Notes: generated by a model not told the origin, from the letters alone. 64,000 bases of DNA from Longimicrobiales bacterium (GCA_965219445.1 CBDCNQ010000002.1:480001-544000), one strand, 5' to 3'; positions 48,106 through 58,628 are shown, numbered from the stretch's first letter. Numbers and translations: made by a program.

Positions 48106-50186
48106 CCGCCGTAGGTGCTCAGGAGTCCATCGGGGAACAACCATGCATCGGTAAAGATTCCCGTGGTGAAGGCGCTGACATTGCTGAACAGATCCGGCTG
48201 CTTGCCGGCGACGCCATACGCGACCCGAAGCTTAGCGAAGCTCAGCGGTGTGTCTTCTACCCTGTTGGAGAGGTCCCAAGCCGCGCTGGCCTTGGGATAG
48301 ACGTACCGCTTGTCTTCTCCACCAAACGTGTTGGATCCGTCTAAACGCGCGCCAGCGGTCACGTACAGTTGGTCCCAAAGATCCACGGTACCCTGCGTGA
48401 AGTAGCCATCCGTACGCACTGTCGACGTGAACTCGTTGGGTATTTGGGCCACCGTAAAGTCGAGCTGACTCGTCCCCTCGAAGAGGGTGGATCCATTCAC
48501 GCGGTGCTGCCGGAACTCCCGGTGGTTGAGGTTCTGGCCGATCGAAAGCGTACCCAAAACGAAGTCACTGAGCTGTCTCGTGGCCGTGGCGATAAGGTTG
48601 GAGTCCAACTCGAAGGTCACGAAGTCCGCCCTTACGATCCGGCCGTCCGGGGAGTCCGTGGAGCTCTTGGGGACCACCTCCTTGCGCTCGTCGGCAGTGT
48701 AGTCGGAGCCGAGCATGTAGTTCACTTGGAGCCAGTTGAAGGGCGTGTACTGGGCGTTGATGTTCCCGAAGGTCCGGCCCACGTTCGCCGTGCTGGTAAT
48801 TTCGTTCGAAACCCAGAAGGGGTTGTCGAACCCCCGAGTCTCAGTCACAGACGTGGGATTTGGAAGCTGGTAGCTCCGGTGTAAGCCCTCAGCCGTAAGG
48901 TACGGTTTGTTGTTGAAGTCGGGTGGCGTGCGCAGCGCGCCGAGTTGCATGCTCGAACCACTGGACCCCTGCTGGATAAAGTCGCCCCGGCTATCCGCGA
49001 ACGAGAAATTCGCCGAGACTCGGAGGTCGTCCCGGAAGGCATGCCCGGCCCTCAAGCGCACGGTGGTGCGCTCGTACATTTGATTGCCCTTGATCACGCC
49101 GTTCTGGTCGAGCCGGCCCAGGGAAAGGTAGTAGTCGGTGGTCGCCGTGCCACCGGACCAGGTCAGGCCCAGCTCGCTGCGGAACGCGGTCTTGTAGAGC
49201 TCGTCCGCGTGGTCGAACACGGGAGTTCCGGACCCGATGGACGGTCCCCAGGTGAACGGACAACCACCCCCACCGCACAAATCCATACCGGGCATACCTT
49301 CCGGCGCGCCGTCCAGACCTTGGCCGAACCCTGTCTGAAGCGGGATCGTGCGGCTCACATCATCAATCGACAGCGAACTCCGGAATTCGACGCGGTTGGT
49401 CCCGGGTTGCCCCCGCTTGGTCGTGACCAGAACCACGCCGTTTCCGGCACGCGATCCGTACATGGCCGCCGCCGCGGCGCCCTTGAGAATCTGAATGCTC
49501 TCGATGTCGGTCGCGTTGAGGTCCATCGCTCGGTTACCCACCACGACTCCGGCGATGTTTACTCCGATCGTGTCGGAAGAGTTGTTGATGGGCTGCCCGT
49601 CCACGACGAACAGGGGCTGGTTGCTCCCGATCAGCGAATTGGCTCCCCGGATACGGATATAAGAGCCCGCACCGGGATCGCCACCCGAAGACGTCACTTC
49701 CACGTTGGGCGCCTTGCCCGCCAGCGCTGCCACGACGTTGGGCTCACGGCTCAGTACGATCTCATCGGCCCGAACCGTGTTGATCGTGACGCCGAGCTTT
49801 TGCCGCTGCATTTCGAGCCCCTGACCAATCACCACGATCTCGTCGAGCAGGAGGGGGTCCTCGCCGAGGCTGAAGTCGAGCTCTTGAGTGCCCGGACGCA
49901 GGGTGACCTGAAGGGTCTCGGAGGCGCGTCCGATCAAGCTTACGGACATCTCAACCGTCTGCCCCGTGGCGCGAGACGCCGGGACGATCAAGACGTACCG
50001 TCCGTCAGAGTTGCTCGCGACACCGATGTTCATCGATGGGATGAGAATGGCGGCAGCCATCAAGGGCTGCCCCTCGGGCGATGTGATTCTGCCCGCAAGC
50101 GTCGTGGGGTCTTGGGCTGATAAATTCGGGGCCGCGATCGTGCATCCAACCGTCAACATGAAGAGCAGACGGAATTGGAGATGCAT
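48106..50186 (-). pseudogene. SusC/RagA TonB-dependent receptor, proximal fragment
   Basis: GAGGAGG RBS before ATG 50186; signal peptide; plug domain IRIRGANS..PLFVVDG..ILKGAAAAAMYGSRAGNGVVLVTTKRG. Confidence 0.88.
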
Positions 50187-50501
50187 ACAACCTCCTCGGC
50201 GATGGCTCGGAAGCGACGAAGGCGTCGAGGAGGCAAAAGCTCGAGAAGAACCGGTATTTGGCGCTCCCACCCCCCCATCCCCCTGCAGCAAGAAAGTTAG
50301 GTCTGAGCCGAAGAGGGGTGCAAGAACTTTTTTCCCCTGAGTGGGAGCCCCGACGCCGATGGCGACTCGCCTCGAGGGAGCACTTCTTTCGCTCGAAGAA
50401 AGTAAATCCATCATCGATGACAGAGAGCCCTATGCACTCCTTGAGTGCATGACCCATACTGTGAGCATGATGTCGAAATCCTCCTCGGGTGAGAGCTCGC
50501 G

Positions 50502-52790
50502 ATGACGACGGAATCGAGTGACTATTCGGTAAACCAGATGGCGGTCGGCTTCACGCTGGGTGCGGCGCTCGGTCTGACGCCCCTTGTCAGCCTGTACAAC
50601 CTCGTCTTCCTCGCCGCCTTGATCGCACTGCGTCTTTCTCTCAGCACTTTCACGTTGGCCTGGATTGTTGCGATTCCCTTCGGCTTCCTGCTCGATCCAG
50701 TCTTCCACCGCCTCGGGTCCGCCCTGCTCTCCTCCGAGTTTCTGACGCCGCTTTGGATCCAGGCAGCCAGCGCGCCGCTGGTGCCCCTCACTCGGTTCAA
50801 TAACACGGTGACTTTGGGGAGCTTGGTATTTTGGGCCGCGGCAGTGGTCCCGCTCTTCTTCCTGAGCCGGAGAGGTGTCGCTGCCTATCGCGGCGGCCTG
50901 GAACGCCTTCTGGCGGGCATACCGTGGGTCGGTGCCATCGGGCGTGTCGGTATCGTCCGCCGCCTGCTCGGGCTGGAGGCCGGCCGCCGCGGGTGGATCC
51001 GAAAGGGGTTCGTTCTTCCGTTGGCATTGTTCGTGAGCCTGGGAGTCGGCGCCTGGTGGTTGCTGGCGGACCGGGGGGCGCGCGCAGGTGTGGAGCGGGC
51101 GGGAACCCGAATCGTGGGGGCTACGGTCGACGTGGGCACGATGGATGTCGATCTCACCGACGGCGTACTCGTGATGACCGGCCTTCAGGTCACGGATCCC
51201 TCGGCCCCCGAGAACAACATCGTCGAAATCGGAGAAATCGCGGCGGCGATGTCTGCGGGCCCGCTACTGAGGGCCAAGGTCGCGATCGACAGTGTCGTGG
51301 TGCGCGACATTCGGTTCAATACCAGGCGTGAAACCCCCGGGGAGGTCGATACGCTCCGAGAGCGCAGCACCGTCTTTCGGGATGAAATGGAGCGCTGGAG
51401 GGCGTCCACTAGAATTCCGACCATTCCCACACCGAGCCTTTCGAGTCCGGTCGACTTCAGCAGCCTCAGCGCTGATTCTTTTGAGACGGTGATCCGGGCC
51501 CGGGAGTTGGCGGGGACCCTCGCCGTGACCCGCGGCGCCTTCGGAGACCGGCTAGAGGCCCTGGACGCTGGGGCGCAGATCGACGCTGCGTCGGCCCTGC
51601 TCATGTCACTCGAGGGTGCCTCGGTTAGGAGTCTGGGGCTCGGCGGGGCCACGCGTGCGGTGAGCTCTCTGCGTTCTATGGCCGCGGGGATCACGGACAT
51701 TGTCCCACGCGTCGCCGAGCTGGAGGAGAATCTAGCGGCGGAAGGGGCGGACCTGCGTCGAGGCCTGGCGGCGCTGGACGATCTTCGGGACGGTGATTAC
51801 AGAAGAGCCCTGAGCGTGCTGAACCTCCCCTCCTTCGACCCCGACGATATCAGTGCTGCCCTGCTCCAGGCTCCGCTGATGGAGCGTGTGGAGACCCTCC
51901 TTTACTGGGCACGGGTCGTCGATGCCAATCTCCCCGATGGGAGCCGGTCCTTTCGGTTCGAGGGGCCCGAACGGCTCCGCGGTGCCGGCGAGGACGTGAC
52001 GTTTCCATCCGTGGGTTCCGCCCTGCCCGCATTCGCCATGAACAAGCTGGAGGGCTCGGTGACGATTGGTGCGCTGACCGGCTTCGCGATTCGGGTGCTC
52101 GACCTGAGCTCGGATCCCGGTGCCACCGGAAGGCCGACCACAGTCCAACTCACGGGGGAAAGCGGAGCGACCCGCGCGGGGCTCGATCTGAGCCTGGACC
52201 GGACCGGAGACGTGGCCGAGGACCAGCTGGTCGCACGATTGTCTGGACTGCCCCTTCCAGAGCTGGAGATCGCCGCCCTGGGGGCCCGTCTCGATCTTGG
52301 GGAGGGAGGCACAAGTGTCGACCTCTCGAGGGCGGGAGACGCGATCGTCGGGGAGGTCACGTGGTCCGCGGCGGGAGCGAGTTGGCAGCGCAGTGGCCCC
52401 GACGCGGCAGGCGCCGCCGCCTACCTCTGGGACGTCGTGTCGGGTCTGACTTCGATAGAGATCACACTCGGGCTGGACGGAACCCTCTCTTCACCGGGAA
52501 TCTCGGTCCGATCCAACATCGGCGAGCAGATCGTGCGGAGCTTGAGGGATCAGATCGGGAACGAGGTCCGCCGGGCAGAGGCCCGGGCACGGGCTGAGGT
52601 GGATCGGCTCATCGAGCAGTCCCTCACCGAAGTACGGAGCCAGGTGGCAGACTTCGAGGAGGGTATCGGTGCGACGCTCAGCGACTACACAGGGGAGCTG
52701 GACCGAGTGAAGACGTCGCTCGAGACGCGCCTAAGGGACTTCACGCCGAGTCTGCCGACCTTGCCCAGGTTGCCCGGGTTGCCAGGATAG
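50502..52790 (+). CDS. Probable fusion of a TIGR03546-like (DUF2062) membrane domain and a TIGR03545-like domain
   Basis: N-terminal LGLTP...DP.FH.LG.ALL...TRFNNTVTLGS, then WIRKG-TM and an AsmA-like start (GLQVTDP..P..N); recognised from memory only. Confidence 0.6.
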   Translation: MTTESSDYSVNQMAVGFTLGAALGLTPLVSLYNLVFLAALIALRLSLSTFTLAWIVAIPFGFLLDPVFHRLGSALLSSEFLTPLWIQAASAPLVPLTRFNNTVTLGSLVFWAAAVVPLFFLSRRGVAAYRGGLERLLAGIPWVGAIGRVGIVRRLLGLEAGRRGWIRKGFVLPLALFVSLGVGAWWLLADRGARAGVERAGTRIVGATVDVGTMDVDLTDGVLVMTGLQVTDPSAPENNIVEIGEIAAAMSAGPLLRAKVAIDSVVVRDIRFNTRRETPGEVDTLRERSTVFRDEMERWRASTRIPTIPTPSLSSPVDFSSLSADSFETVIRARELAGTLAVTRGAFGDRLEALDAGAQIDAASALLMSLEGASVRSLGLGGATRAVSSLRSMAAGITDIVPRVAELEENLAAEGADLRRGLAALDDLRDGDYRRALSVLNLPSFDPDDISAALLQAPLMERVETLLYWARVVDANLPDGSRSFRFEGPERLRGAGEDVTFPSVGSALPAFAMNKLEGSVTIGALTGFAIRVLDLSSDPGATGRPTTVQLTGESGATRAGLDLSLDRTGDVAEDQLVARLSGLPLPELEIAALGARLDLGEGGTSVDLSRAGDAIVGEVTWSAAGASWQRSGPDAAGAAAYLWDVVSGLTSIEITLGLDGTLSSPGISVRSNIGEQIVRSLRDQIGNEVRRAEARARAEVDRLIEQSLTEVRSQVADFEEGIGATLSDYTGELDRVKTSLETRLRDFTPSLPTLPRLPGLPG

Positions 52791-52895
52791 AGCCGCTCAG
52801 AGGACGGTAGCTTGGCAGCCAGCACTCCCCAGCCGAGCGCCGCAACGGACGGCCCGGTCGGGGAGCTCGCAGGCTCGTCCTTCTGGGTCCACGCC

Positions 52896-53546
52896 TCAGA
52901 GCGTTGGGGAGGCCATCGTCATACCGAGGTGCTCTATGACGAGTGCGACCCGCCGATTTTCGATCCCCTCATCCTGTCCCGCTCGATCGGGGAAGACCAG
53001 GCGCTCCGGAGCTTCTCCGTAGCTGACGGCTCTGACACGATCCCCGCGGAAGCCGGCGGTCTCGATCATGTATCGGCGGACGGCCTCTGCGCGCCGCCGC
53101 CCGAGATCGAGATTGTACTCGGGGGAGCCCGCACGGTCCGTAAAGCCCTCGACCGTGAGCAGGACGTCAGGATAGTACTCGGATACGACGTCGCCGAAAC
53201 GCGCCAGCACAGGAAGGTCCTCCGGGCGCAGTTCATCTCGATCGAAGCCGAAATAGACAGGAACATCGAAGCGAATTGCCGTTTCCAGGCGCTCTACGGT
53301 CACGTCGAACTCGCCTTCCAGGTCGGAGAGCGCGTCCGTCAGGCGATCCAAGCGGGCCGACAACGCAGCGATCTGAGCGGCGTTGCGGCCGTCCATCCCA
53401 TTATCCTGTGTTGCGAGCTCTGCTCTAAGCGCGGCGATTTCCGCCTCGAACTCCTCTTGGCCCACATGTGCGCAAGAGGTGGCGAGCATTGCGAAGACGA
53501 GAGTGAAGGCTATCGCGAGCCTCGATTTGACTGCCGATCCTATCAT
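52896..53546 (-). CDS. OmpA/Pal-family lipoprotein with N-terminal coiled coil
   Basis: Lipobox-like ATSC; VYFGFD, VEGFTD..GS.EYNLDLG.RRA, SYGE, NRRV. Confidence 0.9.
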   Translation of the reverse strand: MIGSAVKSRLAIAFTLVFAMLATSCAHVGQEEFEAEIAALRAELATQDNGMDGRNAAQIAALSARLDRLTDALSDLEGEFDVTVERLETAIRFDVPVYFGFDRDELRPEDLPVLARFGDVVSEYYPDVLLTVEGFTDRAGSPEYNLDLGRRRAEAVRRYMIETAGFRGDRVRAVSYGEAPERLVFPDRAGQDEGIENRRVALVIEHLGMTMASPTL

Positions 53547-53625
53547 CGATCCCCCTCAGCTTGAGGCATCCTGAGCCGTGCTCTTCGATGGTAGCCGAAC
53601 AATCGCTGGGTTCTTCGCGCCTGGC

Positions 53626-53667
53626 AAGAAAAATCGCGGGGACCGCCCGTCAGGCGGCCCCCGCGAT
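53626..53667 (-). terminator. Intrinsic terminator after the VWA-like lipoprotein gene
   Basis: 15-bp GC stem ATCGCGGGGACCGCC / GGCGGCCCCCGCGAT, then a T-rich tract on the minus strand. Confidence 0.75.
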
Positions 53668-53692
53668 GACCTGCATCACGCGATGACCTGTA

Positions 53693-54448
53693 TCAGAGGA
53701 TGCGTTCCCTTCTCACGCGAAAGTCTACGTTGTCCGTAACCCATTTCCACAGGAGTTCCTGCTCTGCCATGGCGAGCTCGGGACGGAACTGGGCGTTCCA
53801 GCCCGTCATCACTTCGGCATCCTGAGTCCAGAGCCGAACTCGTCTTCGACTCACCGCCGTCCTCCAGCTCGAGGCCACGGTGGGAGTCGGATGGAGCACA
53901 CGAACGGTCACACTCCGCGACAAGTATTCCAAAGGGCTCACATCGATGGATTTGTATGGGTCCTCAGGCTCGGATCCTCGGGCGACGTCGGGGACGCCAT
54001 CCGTAAAGAGGACCATGTTCAGCGGAGCCAGCGTGAGCCCCCTCTGCTTGACCAGATCCGCCCCCTGCGCGAAGAACGTGTTGAAATCCGTGAGCTGATC
54101 GTCGGAGGGGAACCATGCCCGCAAATCAGCCTCGATTTGGTGTCGGTCCTTGCCAAGGAAGTCGTGAATCGGGTGGAACGTTTTTGCTTCCCCTTGGGTG
54201 CTCCCACCCACCGAGCCCACAAAGACCGAAGTCGGTACCTGGAGCCCTCCGAAGCCGTTCAGATGGGCCTCGAGGTAGTGGGCAGCAAACCGTATGGCGT
54301 CCCCGTAACTTCCTGAATTCTGAAACGACCCGCTCACATCGATCCCCATTATCAACGTGTATCGGGGAGCGCGGGTGGAGTCCTCGGCGGGAACGCACGC
54401 CGCTAGGGCGAGCAAGCCCCCCACCGCGAACCGCAAGACCCGATTCAT
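53693..54448 (-). CDS. Hypothetical lipoprotein with VWA-like MIDAS motif
   Basis: Lipobox LAAC; GIDVSGS, TDF, FTDG. Confidence 0.75.
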   Translation of the reverse strand: MNRVLRFAVGGLLALAACVPAEDSTRAPRYTLIMGIDVSGSFQNSGSYGDAIRFAAHYLEAHLNGFGGLQVPTSVFVGSVGGSTQGEAKTFHPIHDFLGKDRHQIEADLRAWFPSDDQLTDFNTFFAQGADLVKQRGLTLAPLNMVLFTDGVPDVARGSEPEDPYKSIDVSPLEYLSRSVTVRVLHPTPTVASSWRTAVSRRRVRLWTQDAEVMTGWNAQFRPELAMAEQELLWKWVTDNVDFRVRRERIL

Positions 54449-55728
54449 GTCGTCACCTCGCCCAAGACGGGATCCCCGCCCGATCGGCTCTTCGAACCGC
54501 CCCGCTTGGCCTTCGTGTCCGCTGCGGCGCCAGGGAAGGGCGTGTCGGCGAGCACATCACTGAGATTCTTGAGCGGGAACGTGAACACGGGGTGCGAACT
54601 GATCGCCACCACAGGGAAGTTCACGGCCATGGCCAGGAGCTGGAGAACCGGCAGCGACGCGAGCTCCACGCCACGGCGCCCCTCCTTTTTGAACCACGCT
54701 GTTTCGCTCTTCATGGCCTCGATCGGCTCCCTCCACAACGTCCTCGAGGACTCAGAGGAGGCCTTGACCGGGGCTTCCTGCCCAACCTCAACCTGGCGGG
54801 AGACGATGGCGATCAGCGAGGGGGTACCGAAGCGCCCGAAGAGGAACCAAGTCATGCCTCGAATCCCGATCCATCCGAAGACCCCGAGTGCCAGCGTGGA
54901 GACCAGGCCCATTTGGATCTGGCCGCCGCTCTGCTGATTGATCCAAGGCGTAATCGCGTCGATGAGCTCACGATACAGGAACACGACCTCGAAGAACGCC
55001 ACGAAGAACTCGACCAGGATCATCTGGATCACCTCTCCGATCCTCCGCGACCGGATCGCTTCGGTCATCACCTGGATGCTCGCGAAGCTTCCCGCGATGA
55101 GGAAGAAGAGGAAGAACCACAGGACGGGCATCACGAACAGCCGGTTCGGGACGAAGCCGGTGATGTCCGCCAGCACCTCGGTAAGCGTAGGCATCAAGGT
55201 GAAGCTGAAGATGGTGGCCTCGAGCCCAGACCAAATGAGCGTCAGGATCACCGCGATCCAGGGTACACCCGGCTTCAGGTAGCGGCTCGCTAATGAATCG
55301 AACATCCCCAGAGGCGCTGAGATGAAGCCCTTCACTGCCACCAGCAACATCCGGATGATCAAAGCAATCAGACTCCAGACCCATCCGAGCACCAGTGCGG
55401 CGAACCGCATGACGCCGGTCCAAAAGAACCAGATGCCGCGTCCCGTATCCCACCATCCCAGGGCGATCGTCGTGAGGAACCTACCTCTGTGTGACCGGAA
55501 CGGGAGCGTGTAGACCGACAACATGGTCGACCAGACCGCCACGATCAGAAGCAGAATCGGCATCAGGAGGAAGAACCTCCTCAGCACGATGCCAGAGGCC
55601 GAGTCCGCGTACCAACTGAAGTTCAGGATGGCGGATTGCCATTCCGGGATCCACCACAACGGCGCTCCTAGAAACTCTACCGCACGGTGCCACTCTGATG
55701 GTAAATAGGATATCAGTGCCTCGAACAT
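54445..55728 (-). CDS. Hypothetical polytopic membrane protein
   Basis: GAGGG RBS before ATG 55728; several TM segments; stop overlaps the next start (ATGA). Confidence 0.75.
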   Translation of the reverse strand: MFEALISYLPSEWHRAVEFLGAPLWWIPEWQSAILNFSWYADSASGIVLRRFFLLMPILLLIVAVWSTMLSVYTLPFRSHRGRFLTTIALGWWDTGRGIWFFWTGVMRFAALVLGWVWSLIALIIRMLLVAVKGFISAPLGMFDSLASRYLKPGVPWIAVILTLIWSGLEATIFSFTLMPTLTEVLADITGFVPNRLFVMPVLWFFLFFLIAGSFASIQVMTEAIRSRRIGEVIQMILVEFFVAFFEVVFLYRELIDAITPWINQQSGGQIQMGLVSTLALGVFGWIGIRGMTWFLFGRFGTPSLIAIVSRQVEVGQEAPVKASSESSRTLWREPIEAMKSETAWFKKEGRRGVELASLPVLQLLAMAVNFPVVAISSHPVFTFPLKNLSDVLADTPFPGAAADTKAKRGGSKSRSGGDPVLGEVTT

Positions 55729-55879
55729 GACGTTTCCCTCGTTAGTGGGCGCGGTAGGACCATGTTCGCCCGCCTCCAGAAAGTCCGATTCTGACAAGGT
55801 CCTATACAAAGCTAGGCACACCCGTCGGAGATACTCAATGAAAATCGTAAACCCCTCAAGGTTGACAAATACGATTCGG

Positions 55880-56863
55880 GTGTGGCGACTTTTGCCTCTT
55901 TTTCTCGCTACGTTTCTGCTCGTTCTTGGGGCGTGCGCGCCGCCAACAGCAAGGGAAACGATCTGGGTCACGATTCCCCCTGACGCGCCGCTCGAGGCAG
56001 TCACGGACTCCTTGGTGGCCAACGGAATCATCCAGTCTCCGCAAGCGTTTCAGCGGTTGGCGAGGATGGGACGTGCCCACCTGGGTATCCAACCCGGGCT
56101 CTACGACCTACAACCCAACAGCCCGATCGGTGCGGTTCTGGTCCGACTGCGTAAGGGGACTGCTCCGGTAAAACGGTTCGTACTTCCCAAGGGCATCTGG
56201 CTGACCGAATTGGCTGCACGAATCGAGCAGCAGATGGGCCTCGAGCAGGAAGCCTTCTTGGCGGCCGCGAGTTCCCCTGTCCTTCTGTCCCGGCTGGGTG
56301 CACGGGGCAACAGCGCGGAAGGGTACGTATACCCTTCGGTGTATTACCTGCGGGAGAGCGCGAGCGCGGATGAAATTCTGGATCAGGTCACGGACACGTT
56401 CGAGGCTCACTGGAATTCGGATTGGGACCAACGGTCGGCGTTTCTGGGGCTCACGCGGGACGAGGTCGTCACCCTCGCATCGATCATAGAGGGTGAGGGG
56501 CCGGCTGAAGAGGATTTGCTCGACATATCGTCCGTGTACCACAACCGCCTGAACCGAGGAATGCGATTGCAGGCGGATCCAACCGTGGTCTTCGCTCTGG
56601 GCCAGCGCCGGCGTTTGCTCAACCGGGACTACGCGACCGATTCTCCGTTCAATACGTATCGGATGGTTGGACTTCCCCCGTCACCCATCGGCAACCCATC
56701 GAGTTCGAGTATTGAAGCAGCATTGTATCCCGACTCCACGGACTTTCTCTACTCCGTGGCGCGGCCGAATGGGCGTCACAGATTTTCGGTCACGTATGAA
56801 GAGCACCTTCGGGCCATCGGGGAGATCAGAAAAGAAGAAGGGGAGACCGGCCATCGAAATTGA
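55880..56863 (+). CDS. mltG: Endolytic transglycosylase MltG
   Basis: EGYVYP..Y, LASIIEGE, NRLNRGMRLQADPTV, SPFNTY...GLPPSPIGNP; start uncertain (55838 or 55880). Confidence 0.9.
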   Translation: MWRLLPLFLATFLLVLGACAPPTARETIWVTIPPDAPLEAVTDSLVANGIIQSPQAFQRLARMGRAHLGIQPGLYDLQPNSPIGAVLVRLRKGTAPVKRFVLPKGIWLTELAARIEQQMGLEQEAFLAAASSPVLLSRLGARGNSAEGYVYPSVYYLRESASADEILDQVTDTFEAHWNSDWDQRSAFLGLTRDEVVTLASIIEGEGPAEEDLLDISSVYHNRLNRGMRLQADPTVVFALGQRRRLLNRDYATDSPFNTYRMVGLPPSPIGNPSSSSIEAALYPDSTDFLYSVARPNGRHRFSVTYEEHLRAIGEIRKEEGETGHRN

Positions 56864-56899
56864 GGCCGACTCCCCTTCGCTACCTCTACGGCAGGCTGG

Positions 56900-57295
56900 T
56901 TACCCCACCGTAAACCGGATCGTCTCGAGAACGTTACCTCTGGCGTCGCGTACCTCAACGCGCCAGTCGCCGGCCCATTCCGGTGGGATGGCCTTGTTGC
57001 TCCAAGTCCTCCACGGAGATCCCCCGATGCTGAGCGCGAGATCGGCTCTCTCGACTTCGCCGTGGATCCAGACATGGTGGATCATGGTGTCTCCCTCTGC
57101 TCCTTGGATACGGGTCCAGGCATAGACCCTCTCCACGTTGGCCGGGAACGTCATGGCCTCGCCAGTCGGCATCCGGTCGACGACACCCGTCGCCAAGGCG
57201 GATTCCGCCACAGTGAGACTTTGTGCTGAAACGCCAAGCGGGGCGAGTAGCGCTACGAGTGCAAATCCGATCACATTCGTCGTAAGCGATTTCAT
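56900..57295 (-). CDS. Secreted DUF2914-like protein
   Basis: Signal peptide; VYAWTRI, I.HVW, WRTWS.K, GDWRVEV. Confidence 0.75.
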   Translation of the reverse strand: MKSLTTNVIGFALVALLAPLGVSAQSLTVAESALATGVVDRMPTGEAMTFPANVERVYAWTRIQGAEGDTMIHHVWIHGEVERADLALSIGGSPWRTWSNKAIPPEWAGDWRVEVRDARGNVLETIRFTVG

Positions 57296-57389
57296 GCTTT
57301 CTCCTTCGTGAAGGACCACCTGTGGTTATCGAGAGGGTCGCGTCGCCATCTCCAGGGCATCGGACGGACCGGCGCCAGGGGAGGACGAG

Positions 57390-58319
57390 TTAGGGGATTA
57401 CCCCGTCAAGGATGTAATTCTGTGGATCTATGGCTCTTCCGCCGACCCAGATTTCATAGTGTACGTGCTCGGCGGTGGCTGTACCGGTCTGGCCCACCTG
57501 AGCAACCGCCATACCACGGTCAACTGGTTGACCGCGCTCCACCAAGAACTTCGATGCGTGCGCGTATCGGGTCATGTATCCAAACCCATGGTCAACCTCG
57601 ACCGTATTCCCATATCCGGTCCGCCAACCCACGTAGGACACCACACCATTGGCGGTCGAAAGGATTGGAGTCCCTTCTGGCGCGTGCAGATCGATTCCCT
57701 CGTGCGGGAGCTCCCGGTCCCAGATCGGGTGCATCCGGGCGTTGCTGAATCTGCTGGTGATGTATCCGTCCGTGGGACTGATGGACGGGGTGGACCGAAG
57801 AAGGTCGTGGTGCGCCTGGAGGCTGTCCATGGCCTCCGAGAGGCTCTCTGAGAGGAGCTGGGTTCTCCGCTCGAGGGCCCGGATGTCATACGAGGTCGCG
57901 AAGGTCACGGCAGCGGAGACGGGGTCTTCCACCCAAAGGGGGCTCGATTCGGGCGTGAGCATGCCTGGTCCGCCGACCCCCACCTCAAAAATCTCCTCAT
58001 CGATGGCGTCGAGGCCGGCCAGAAGGCGGAAACCCTCGTCTTTCTCGATGAGGACGTCGATGGATCCGGCTATCTGAGCCATTCGCCCCTGAATTTCCCC
58101 GATTTCGTCGGAAAGAAGCGACTTTTCGCGCTCGAGCTTTAGGACGTCATATCGGGCCGAGCCATTCAAGGCGACAATCATGGACAGCGAGGTCACCGTG
58201 AGTACGAAGCCTGCGCCGAGAGAGGCCAGATAATGCATGGCCCTACTCGATATGCTGTATTGCCGAGCCCTGTCACCGTGGTCCGACATACATACGAAGG
58301 TCCACCGTTTATTCGGCAT
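57390..58319 (-). CDS. M23 family metallopeptidase with TM segment and coiled coil
   Basis: HEGID, GYGNTVEVDHG, YAH, HVHYE; start about 58319. Confidence 0.9.
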   Translation of the reverse strand: MPNKRWTFVCMSDHGDRARQYSISSRAMHYLASLGAGFVLTVTSLSMIVALNGSARYDVLKLEREKSLLSDEIGEIQGRMAQIAGSIDVLIEKDEGFRLLAGLDAIDEEIFEVGVGGPGMLTPESSPLWVEDPVSAAVTFATSYDIRALERRTQLLSESLSEAMDSLQAHHDLLRSTPSISPTDGYITSRFSNARMHPIWDRELPHEGIDLHAPEGTPILSTANGVVSYVGWRTGYGNTVEVDHGFGYMTRYAHASKFLVERGQPVDRGMAVAQVGQTGTATAEHVHYEIWVGGRAIDPQNYILDGVIP

Positions 58320-58600
58320 ACTTATCCCTAGGAGCGTTGCGAAAGCGTTGAGTGGCGAACGTTCGGCATACGTGTGGCAGGGGAAGCCCATATGCACACG
58401 GATCCCCTCTCAATGGAACACGGGGGGATACAACGGCTGGATGGTGCTTCTTTCCGGACATTATCGATGCCAATTCAAGAGCGACCTTCTCGTGCGTTTT
58501 CCTGGGAGGTTCACAACAAGACGCGTGCCGACCGTGTGGGAAGGGTCACGATTGATTTCTACCATATGCTATATATCTTATTGATAATTACTTAGATCGT

Positions 58601-58628
58601 TTTACCTCGAAATCATATTATGTTAAGA
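58601..58628 (+). other. Candidate dif site (XerC/XerD recombination)
   Basis: TTTACCTCGAA-ATCATA-TTATGTTAAGA, an 11-6-11 layout; right arm 9/11 to the E. coli XerD arm; intergenic and AT-rich. Confidence 0.65.

Noticed and set aside
50187..50414. 76-aa N-terminal extension of SusC in the ORF track
   Set aside because: The strong RBS and signal peptide begin at 50186; the upstream part is a divergent intergenic region
55727..56031. Apparent 300-bp head-to-head overlap of mltG and the membrane protein gene
   Set aside because: Artefact of longest-ORF starts; the likely starts 55728 (-) and about 55880 (+) do not overlap
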